IMG/VR virus record: IMGVR_UViG_3300043446_004155 | Span: 1 to 64,000 of that record | Length of the DNA stretch: 64,000 nt | Strand: one strand, 5' to 3' | Origin: a virus | The notes under the pieces: generated by a model | The model's input: only the letters and a program-made list of their open reading frames with translations | What the model was told of the DNA's origin: nothing | Database searches by the model: none | Shown here: one piece after another, positions 54,068 to 61,101 of the stretch | How positions within the stretch are numbered: the first letter of the stretch is position 1 | Layout of the letters: each line of letters starts with the position of its first letter | Translations under genes and position numbers: made by a program

Positions 54068-54293
54068 TAACAGGTTTTGTATATTGTCTATAATTTAGCA
54101 GGTTAAAAACTAAGAATGATTGAATTTGGGCGCATTGTTCTGACAATTCTGTCGGCTATGCTAATCACAGCACTGATTGAGCTAGTCCCACATTGGATCC
54201 GTTAACCAAAACACGGCTTTTCATCCAAGGTTGGTGGTCCTGCATGAGTGTATTGATGCAAATCTTGTGGAATTGCATTAAGGTGAACTGGGT

Positions 54294-54488
54294 TTGGGTC
54301 CTGGCATGGTGTGCAACATTAGCCGTTTTTATTACTGTGATCCTGACATTGACGTAAAAACGTTCATCCGCCTGGAAGAACACAGCAGAAACGGTGTCGC
54401 TTTTGACGATATCGAGACGCTAGAAGCGGATGAGTTTGAGGCAAAGCTCCTGGAAGAGCAGGAGCCTTACCTGCGTGTTGATCTTTAG
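54294..54488 (+). CDS. Small acidic hypothetical protein
   Basis: ORF track; start uncertain. Confidence 0.4.
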   Translation: MGPGMVCNISRFYYCDPDIDVKTFIRLEEHSRNGVAFDDIETLEADEFEAKLLEEQEPYLRVDL

Positions 54489-55507
54489 ACGGTCGCCAAA
54501 TCGTAGGTGATCATCTCTTTGACCATGTCTTCAAAGGAGATGCGAGGCTCCCAGTTAAGCTCCCGGTAAGCCTTGGTGCAATCCCCCAGGAGAGTATCGA
54601 CCTCAGCCGGACGATAGAACTGTGGGTTGATACTGATAATCGTTTTATCAAGCGTCCTACTAAAACCAATTTCATCAACGCCCTCACCTCGCCATTCCAA
54701 GTTGAGGTTCAGATAGTCCGCAGCAATCTCACAGAATTGACGAACGCTGTGTTGCATGCCCGTTGCGATCACATAATCTTTAGGCGTTTCTTGCTGCAGG
54801 ATTAGGCGCATGGCATCCACATAGTCTTTGGCATGTCCCCAATCCCGTTTGGCCTCCAAGTTTCCCAGCTCAAGCACCGGGATTTTGTGGCGCATGACAC
54901 CAACCAATCCCTTGGTGATCTTCTTAGTTACAAAATTGTCGCCCCGGATTGGGCTCTCATGGTTAAAGAGGATTCCGTTGGCGGCAAATAGGTCGTAGCT
55001 CTCGCGGTAATTGACGGTCAACCAATAGCCAAACAGTTTGGCCACACCGTATGGACTCCTGGGATAGAAACCTGTCTCTTCATTTTGAGGAAACGACTGC
55101 ACCTTCCCAAACATTTCGGAGGTAGATGCCTGGTAGAACTTGGGCGACTTGGCTGCAGCACGGCATGCCTCTAGGACATTCATCACACCAATTGCGTTAG
55201 CCGATGCGGTGCTGACAGGAGACTTAAAGCTGACACCCACATGACTTTGGGCAGCCAAGTTGTACACCTCATCAGGAGCAAAGTCCTGGATAACCCTGGT
55301 CAAAGAAGGTGCATCAGTCAGGTCAGAATATTCAATTGTCACATCCTTGGGAATTTCACCACCAAAAACCCATTTGAGTTTGTCGAGATGGTTGGGTTGG
55401 GTATGGTTTCTTACGACGCCACAAACTTTGTAGCCATTATCGATCAGGTTACGCGCCAGATAGGAACCATCTTGGCCAGTGATTCCAGTGATCAGTGCTT
55501 TTTTCAT
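54485..55507 (-). CDS. gmd: GDP-mannose 4,6-dehydratase (start refined to 55507)
   Basis: KKALITGITGQDGSYLA, YNLAAQSHV, YQASTSE, PRSPYGVAK, NHESP, RDWGHAKDY. Confidence 0.95.
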   Translation of the reverse strand: MKKALITGITGQDGSYLARNLIDNGYKVCGVVRNHTQPNHLDKLKWVFGGEIPKDVTIEYSDLTDAPSLTRVIQDFAPDEVYNLAAQSHVGVSFKSPVSTASANAIGVMNVLEACRAAAKSPKFYQASTSEMFGKVQSFPQNEETGFYPRSPYGVAKLFGYWLTVNYRESYDLFAANGILFNHESPIRGDNFVTKKITKGLVGVMRHKIPVLELGNLEAKRDWGHAKDYVDAMRLILQQETPKDYVIATGMQHSVRQFCEIAADYLNLNLEWRGEGVDEIGFSRTLDKTIISINPQFYRPAEVDTLLGDCTKAYRELNWEPRISFEDMVKEMITYDLATV

Positions 55508-55556
55508 TTGCAATATCTGCGTGGTTAAAGTATAACCATTAAAAAGACTATTAGTT

Positions 55557-56732
55557 ATGACGGTGTTTGATTGGCCTCTCCAGAAAAATACGATTGGATG
55601 GAAGGAGCGCCTGGCACTGGCAAAATTTATCCTTACTTCTGATCGCTTCACCAACGGTCCCGAGTGCCGTCAATTTGAAGAAGAATGGAGCCAATGGCAA
55701 GGCGTACCGTATTCCTTGTATGTAGCCAATGGATCGGTCGCCAACTTCCTACTGCTTGATGCAGTACATGAATACTACTTTCCAGAGAAGGAGCAGCTGA
55801 CCATTTTTGCGCCAGCCATCAACTGGGCAACAAACATCTCAACTTTCTGCCAGCAGCATCACAACGTTTACTTCTACGACATCGATTACGAAACCTACAG
55901 CCCCACCGTTGAATCAGCCAATCAACTCTCGGCCAAAGGCCTGGAGCCAGATGTTGTTTACTTGACGCACGTCCTTGGTATCTCCAATGACATGCAAAGG
56001 GTCAAGGAGTTGTGGCCTAATGCAATGATCATCGAGGATTGCTGCGAATCCCATGGCGCGCGTGACCTTAAGAGCGGAGTAAAAGTCGGTACAACAGGCG
56101 TTGGTTCAACCTTCTCCTTTTACTTTGGGCACCACATGACGACTGTCGAAGGTGGCATGGTGTGCATCAAGAACGAAGGATTGTACAACCTATTGCGTGC
56201 CAAGCGATCTCACGGTTTATCACGCGAGATGATTCCGTCCTATCGCGTTGAACTTCAAGATCGATACCCCGACGTTGACCCGACTTTCCTGTTCCCGACC
56301 AAGGGATACAACTTCCGCAACGTAGAAACAGGAGCTGTTTTGGGCCGCATCCAGCTGAAAAAGCTCGACGCTTGGAACGAGCAGCGTGCCAAGAACTATG
56401 AGTTGTTCCGCAAGGAAATGCTAAAGCGTCCTTGGTTTGAAACCTTACCCAAGGCGAAGGGCAACAGTGCCATGACCCTACCGTTCCATTGCACGGACGA
56501 AACAATTGCCACTGAAGTCAAGAAGTTTCTCCAGTTAATCGGTATTGAGACGCGCCCATTTCTGGTTGGTAATCTCTTGCGTCAACCCTTCATGGAGGAC
56601 TATGAATCGGTCATCCCTCTTCCCAATAGTGAACGGATGCATACCAATTCTTTCTACATTGGCAACAACCACTTCATTAACGAAGCCGACATCTACAAAC
56701 TTTCGGAGCAATTGGACAAATGCGGATACTGA
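55557..56732 (+). CDS. DegT/DnrJ-family PLP enzyme, ColD/E1-like 3-dehydratase type
   Basis: EDCCESHGA; SFYFGHHMTTVEGG has His where aminotransferases have the Schiff-base Lys. Confidence 0.8.
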   Translation: MTVFDWPLQKNTIGWKERLALAKFILTSDRFTNGPECRQFEEEWSQWQGVPYSLYVANGSVANFLLLDAVHEYYFPEKEQLTIFAPAINWATNISTFCQQHHNVYFYDIDYETYSPTVESANQLSAKGLEPDVVYLTHVLGISNDMQRVKELWPNAMIIEDCCESHGARDLKSGVKVGTTGVGSTFSFYFGHHMTTVEGGMVCIKNEGLYNLLRAKRSHGLSREMIPSYRVELQDRYPDVDPTFLFPTKGYNFRNVETGAVLGRIQLKKLDAWNEQRAKNYELFRKEMLKRPWFETLPKAKGNSAMTLPFHCTDETIATEVKKFLQLIGIETRPFLVGNLLRQPFMEDYESVIPLPNSERMHTNSFYIGNNHFINEADIYKLSEQLDKCGY

Positions 56733-57457
56733 TTTGTAGCATCATCCGGAACCGGGAACCATTCTTGTTTGGATGGAAGGATCAAATCTTATGCCTCAAG
56801 GATGAAAACCCTGGCATTACGTTTGATCTTTCTGTCTTTGAGAATGACTCTACCGATGGAACGGTTGAGTACCTGCAAGAAATTGAGCCCGAGCTCAAGG
56901 AGGAACTAAACAAGGTCTGGATCCAAACCCGCAAAAAGGACTGGCCTTATTTCGGTTCAATTCGAGCCGAGGATCGGGTGAAGTACCTGGCCATGGCACG
57001 CAACGAATGCCTGGATCGAGCAGACAAAGAAGTTGGCCTCCAGTATTACGACAAGGTTGTTTTCATTGAACCTGACGTTGACTATGACCCCGAGCAGGTC
57101 AGCCAACTTTTTTGGGTGGACGACGACATTGCGTCGCCCTATAGCGTGCATCCCATGAACGTCCAGAGTCATCGCTGGATCTATGACAGCTGGGCAACCC
57201 GCATCAATCCAGAGGATGACATCTTCAAGGGTCCCCGCATCTTCGAGATGCCGCCCCGCCTTGACGTAGCATCAACCTTCAATTGTTTCTGCGTTTATCG
57301 TGCCAAGCCACTTGAGGAAGGTGCACGTTTCTCCGGCATCAACCCATATACCGATTCCTGGGACTGCGACACCACAAACATTTGTTATGAGTTTGCAGAT
57401 CGAGGTTATGACAAGATTGGGCTCTACAATATTCTTTTAACCCACTTAGGAAACTAA
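56720..57457 (+). CDS. GT-A fold glycosyltransferase
   Basis: FENDSTDGT, LAMARNECL, FIEPDVD, IYDSWATR. Confidence 0.75.
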   Translation: MRILICSIIRNREPFLFGWKDQILCLKDENPGITFDLSVFENDSTDGTVEYLQEIEPELKEELNKVWIQTRKKDWPYFGSIRAEDRVKYLAMARNECLDRADKEVGLQYYDKVVFIEPDVDYDPEQVSQLFWVDDDIASPYSVHPMNVQSHRWIYDSWATRINPEDDIFKGPRIFEMPPRLDVASTFNCFCVYRAKPLEEGARFSGINPYTDSWDCDTTNICYEFADRGYDKIGLYNILLTHLGN

Positions 57458-57500
57458 GGCAAACCGTACTGTTTATTCAGGTTCACCGTATTTACGCATC

Positions 57501-57707
57501 ATGGAAAAACTCCCAGAATATATGCAGGTGATTGAAGAGGGTAAAACCCTGGTCGCCAACCACAACAAACTTTTGGAAAGTTTATTGCTATCGAGGCAAG
57601 CTAATGACAACAACATTTATACTGACCAAACAACCAACGGAATCGCAGATGGCTCTTTCAGCGCAGGTGAAGGAATCAGTAGCACAGGCGACGGCACACC
57701 TGCGTGA
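57501..57707 (+). CDS. Small hypothetical protein
   Basis: ORF track. Confidence 0.4.
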   Translation: MEKLPEYMQVIEEGKTLVANHNKLLESLLLSRQANDNNIYTDQTTNGIADGSFSAGEGISSTGDGTPA

Positions 57708-57876
57708 CGCCCTTGCGTTTGCTGCACGATCCGAACATCCGATTACAATTAGTTCATTGTCAGATCTTTTGATTCGTTGTGAATCATTAGAGCAGATGGA
57801 TGAGATCATGCAGAAGTTTGGCTCATCCTCCAGTCGATCAGGCAACTTGCCCTCCCAAAACTTTGGCAAAGAGTGA
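57649..57876 (+). CDS. Conserved cyanophage helical protein (start refined)
   Basis: MALSAQVKESVAQATAHLRDALAFAARSEHP. Confidence 0.65.
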   Translation: MALSAQVKESVAQATAHLRDALAFAARSEHPITISSLSDLLIRCESLEQMDEIMQKFGSSSSRSGNLPSQNFGKE

Positions 57877-58022
57877 ACGGTATCGCTTAACAGAAGAGGA
57901 TCGACTCCTCAGATACTTCGCGGAGCTGGAGCGGTTGATACCCAATCCTCCGGCCAATTGGGCTGTGAATGCTAAAGAATGTAAGTGGGCTAAAATATTG
58001 AAAGAAAGAAACAATAAGCCAG

Positions 58023-59213
58023 ATGGCTGATATTAACCAACAGATTCTTGGTCAAGCGCTAGGCGGTCAGTTTGATGCCGCATCTTTTTATCGCGCTAAG
58101 AAGGCCGGTTTTTCTGACAGAGATATTATTAACGCAATCAACGCGTCGCCTTCATCTGCCACAGGCCAGATGAAGTTTATTGCACAAAACTATGAAAAAG
58201 CGTTATCGCAGACAGGTCCATCCAGATATCGCAGCGGTTCTTATAGCGCAGGCGGGCAGGAGTGGGGTCCTCAGTTGATGGTTACTCCTAACAAATACAA
58301 CCCTCTTCTCGGCGGACGAGATCCTTACGGTGGAAAATTTTCAAACGTAATGACTGGCGAGGACCCTGGACAAAATTTTGCAAAACGCGGCATGAGTTTT
58401 GCGTACGGTCCCGTAAACGCACAGGATTATGTAAACGAGCAATATTGGAAGGGCCAAGTCAATGTAAACCCAGAAGTTAACTACCGCTGGAATACCGGAG
58501 ACAGTTTGGACCCAGAACGCGACATCGACAATCAGTACGGTCGCCTTGCTGAGATGGACCTGGCTGGCCTAGGGGGCACCGAAGAATATAAAAAATTAGC
58601 GAGGCAGCGGGCAGAAGCATACGAAAAAGGAGGTACGTTAGCGGTTAATGAGTGGGGGGCCGGCTTACATGAAAGCGACCCTCGATTTGCTCAAATTGCA
58701 CAAGATCCAAAAGCATATGCTGCTTACTTTACAGAAACGAGCCCGACTCGCGGTAGCTCTGAAGCAGCGCGTTGGATGGAAGAAGCACTTGGTGGTAAGG
58801 TCATGACACCTTTAGCAGGGGCACCAGGCAAGACAACAACCCCTGGCACACAACCCACCCAGCTTGCCGGCAAAGATTACAAGAATGTTCAAAGTGCTTT
58901 TAAAGCAGCACAAGAAACCGGACAGCGTTTTGGTACGGAAGACATCCGCGCTTTGCGTGAAAGCACTGGCCAAAGCACAAAACAAATTGTGAGGGGGCTG
59001 CGTGAGCAACGTGACGAGGCTGGTCAAACCGGTGGTGTATTGACGCAAGAAGCACGTGATATGTTCCGTGCAATCAAAGAGCCTCGCGGTGAAAGGCCAG
59101 AAGATAAGCCAACGCCAGAAAAAATGGAGAAGCGTCGGCAAGCAGCAAAAGTTGCCGGTAAAGTCGCTGGTGAAAAAGCAGCGCAAGGCGCTTCTAGAGC
59201 AACTGGTATGTAA
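58023..59213 (+). CDS. Large Gly/Gln/Ala-rich putative internal virion protein
   Basis: ORF track; TAAAAT upstream. Confidence 0.6.
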   Translation: MADINQQILGQALGGQFDAASFYRAKKAGFSDRDIINAINASPSSATGQMKFIAQNYEKALSQTGPSRYRSGSYSAGGQEWGPQLMVTPNKYNPLLGGRDPYGGKFSNVMTGEDPGQNFAKRGMSFAYGPVNAQDYVNEQYWKGQVNVNPEVNYRWNTGDSLDPERDIDNQYGRLAEMDLAGLGGTEEYKKLARQRAEAYEKGGTLAVNEWGAGLHESDPRFAQIAQDPKAYAAYFTETSPTRGSSEAARWMEEALGGKVMTPLAGAPGKTTTPGTQPTQLAGKDYKNVQSAFKAAQETGQRFGTEDIRALRESTGQSTKQIVRGLREQRDEAGQTGGVLTQEARDMFRAIKEPRGERPEDKPTPEKMEKRRQAAKVAGKVAGEKAAQGASRATGM

Positions 59214-59241
59214 AGCTTGCGGGTTCCTGGTTTGAATAAAA

Positions 59242-59523
59242 ATGACTGAAGAAAACAAATATACAAAACCAGGATTGCGCAAGAGTATCAAAGATCGCGT
59301 GATGGCTGGTTCCAAGGGCGGCAAGCCGGGCCAGTGGAGTGCACGCAAGGCTCAGCTTGTTGCACAGGAATACGAGAAAGCAGGTGGCGGATACAGGGGT
59401 GGCAAAGACGAAAAGCAAAAGTCCTTAGAGAAGTGGGGCAAGGAGAAGTGGATGACCAAGGACGAATACGAAAAGCGCGGTAAAGCTAAAGCTGCCGCCA
59501 AGAAATATAAAGAAAGTAAATAA
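59242..59523 (+). CDS. Basic protein, N-terminal half of a DUF5872-like family
   Basis: YTKPGLR...GSKGGKPGQWSARKAQL...YEKAGGGY. Confidence 0.75.
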   Translation: MTEENKYTKPGLRKSIKDRVMAGSKGGKPGQWSARKAQLVAQEYEKAGGGYRGGKDEKQKSLEKWGKEKWMTKDEYEKRGKAKAAAKKYKESK

Positions 59524-59547
59524 AGGTCAAGTATTAGGAATACTGTT

Positions 59548-59751
59548 ATGGCAGACAAGGCTATACAAAAGGGATATACCAAGCGTTATCTACCAGAATC
59601 CGCCTGGGCCTCATTGTCCAAAGAGGAACGTCAAGAGACCGACCAAAAGAAACGCGCTGCTAGCCGCGAAGGAAAACAATTTGTACCAAATACTAGAAAA
59701 GCAAAACTTGCTGGACGCGCAGCCCGCCGTTACCGCGACAGTAAATCCTGA
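59548..59751 (+). CDS. Basic protein, C-terminal half of the same family
   Basis: TKRYLPESAWASLS...TDQKKR...GKQFVPNT. Confidence 0.7.
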   Translation: MADKAIQKGYTKRYLPESAWASLSKEERQETDQKKRAASREGKQFVPNTRKAKLAGRAARRYRDSKS

Positions 59752-59763
59752 TATGCTGACACA

Positions 59764-59877
59764 TGGAGCAATACCGCTCTGGGACTAATAGTCGAAAAGT
59801 CCCTCCACGTTACAAACGTGGTGCTCAACAAAGCGCGGAAGGAAGTATGACCCCGGCTTAGTACACCGGGGTTTTTT
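59764..59877 (+). ncRNA. Candidate structured small RNA with its own terminator
   Basis: GAGCA/TGCTC encloses hairpins GGGACT/AGTCCC and CCACGT/ACGTGG; TATGCT upstream; terminator 59850-59877. Confidence 0.5.
59850..59877 (+). terminator. Intrinsic terminator
   Basis: ACCCCGG...CCGGGGT-TTTTT. Confidence 0.8.
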
Positions 59878-59890
59878 ATGTATAATACTT

Positions 59891-60000
59891 ACGTTCCCGC
59901 TCTCTTTTAATCGGGCTGCAAGGGTACGACAAGGAACGTTGTATTAAATGAAGAGTCCCCTAGGCCGCATCGTAGATCATCGTAGGCGGATACTCTCGCC
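59891..60000 (+). ncRNA. Candidate structured leader, weakly glutamine-riboswitch-like
   Basis: TATAAT at 59881; ACGTTCC...GGAACGT closing stem; second domain AGAGT/ACTCT enclosing CCGC/GCGG. Confidence 0.4.
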
Positions 60001-60012
60001 CTTCCAACAATA

Positions 60013-60357
60013 ATGTCAGACTTTCCTTGTACTGGTTGCGGACTTTGTTGCAAAATGGTTGCCAATGTTCTGGCTAACGCAGCAAATGTACATGAGCCAA
60101 TACTTAAAGATGCGTTAAATAGTTTTCCGTATCAAGCCAAGGAAGATGGAAGTTGCGAAATGCTAGTTGACGACCGTTGCTCTGTATACGAGAACAGACC
60201 TACGATCTGCAATATTGAAAGCATGCAAAAAATTTACGAGAAAACACAAGGCATCTCCAAGGAAGATTACTACACCCTTAACATTTCAATTTGCAATGCT
60301 TTGATTAAGGAGCAAGGATTGCCCCAAAAATATTTTATTCCCCATTTAGGCTCTTAA
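60013..60357 (+). CDS. YkgJ-family cysteine cluster (CxxCxxCC) protein
   Basis: FPCTGCGLCC...CEML..DRCSVYENRPTIC. Confidence 0.85.
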   Translation: MSDFPCTGCGLCCKMVANVLANAANVHEPILKDALNSFPYQAKEDGSCEMLVDDRCSVYENRPTICNIESMQKIYEKTQGISKEDYYTLNISICNALIKEQGLPQKYFIPHLGS

Positions 60358-60377
60358 TAGGGTAAGCTGTTTTTATC

Positions 60378-60452
60378 CGGGGATTAGCTCAGTTTGGCCA
60401 GAGCGCTGCGTTTGGGACGCAGATGCCGCAGGTTCAAATCCTGCATCTCCGA
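60378..60452 (+). tRNA. trnP: tRNA-Pro (TGG), CCA not encoded
   Basis: Acceptor CGGGGAT/ATCTCCG; anticodon arm CTGCG-TTTGGGA-CGCAG; T arm GCAGG-TTCAAAT-CCTGC. Confidence 0.93.
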
Positions 60453-60505
60453 TATCAACAATTCCAATAAATGCCTTATATTAATTACACGAATAAAAAC
60501 TATGA

Positions 60506-60832
60506 ATGCCCTGGAGAGATTCCAAGGAACGCATCAACAAGAATCGACAGAAGCTTCTGGAGTACAAGAAGACTCTGCAATGCGAGCAATGTGGGTTGAA
60601 CGATCATCGTGTCCTTGAGTTTCACCACATCAAGGATAAGGATCAAAACGTTTCACGGATGGTGAGCACTGGGTTAAGCTGGCAAAGAATTGAAAATGAA
60701 ATTAAAAAATGTATTCCATTGTGTTGTAACTGTCACAGGATAGAACACTTTAGACTGATACAAAAGGAAAAAACAAATGCTGTCAACCGATACACGCCTG
60801 AAGGTTCAGTTCATTTGCGATTGTATTGGTAA
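60506..60832 (+). CDS. HNH endonuclease
   Basis: CEQCG...VLEFHH...EIKKCIPLCCNCHRIEH. Confidence 0.85.
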   Translation: MPWRDSKERINKNRQKLLEYKKTLQCEQCGLNDHRVLEFHHIKDKDQNVSRMVSTGLSWQRIENEIKKCIPLCCNCHRIEHFRLIQKEKTNAVNRYTPEGSVHLRLYW

Positions 60833-61094
60833 GGGCGCACCAGTTGAATTAAAGGATATGGCATGGGTGCAAAAACTTGCCACCCGTAATCCAACGGTGG
60901 ATACCTGGCTTCGGCAAGCAAGACGCAAAGCTATACAGGCCGATCAACCCAGCAATGACCTGGATGATTTCTGTAATGCCTTGGACCTTGGTGAACCAGA
61001 CCCCAGTGATCACCTAGTGGGACCACAAGATCCAGTGACATTAGCTGAGTGGTTTACCAGCAGACAGAAATGGTTTCGTGGACAAGCTGATTAA
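60777..61094 (+). CDS. Conserved cyanophage/cyanobacterial hypothetical protein
   Basis: MLST..RL...IC..I..G..V.L.DM.W.QKLA...LDDF.N.LDLGEPDPS. Confidence 0.7.
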   Translation: MLSTDTRLKVQFICDCIGKGAPVELKDMAWVQKLATRNPTVDTWLRQARRKAIQADQPSNDLDDFCNALDLGEPDPSDHLVGPQDPVTLAEWFTSRQKWFRGQAD

Positions 61095-61101
61095 ATTTTT
61101 G

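Noticed and set aside
54117-54357. Two short hydrophobic ORFs (29 and 37 aa)
   Set aside because: Cannot be told from chance; the second overlaps another candidate ORF
55508-55654. N-terminal extension of Gmd in the track
   Set aside because: Overlaps the divergent DegT gene; the family begins at MKKALITG (55507)
59778-59803. Hammerhead-like stem followed by GAAA
   Set aside because: No CUGANGA core
60394-60618. 74-aa ORF in the track
   Set aside because: Runs through the tRNA-Pro gene and the HNH start
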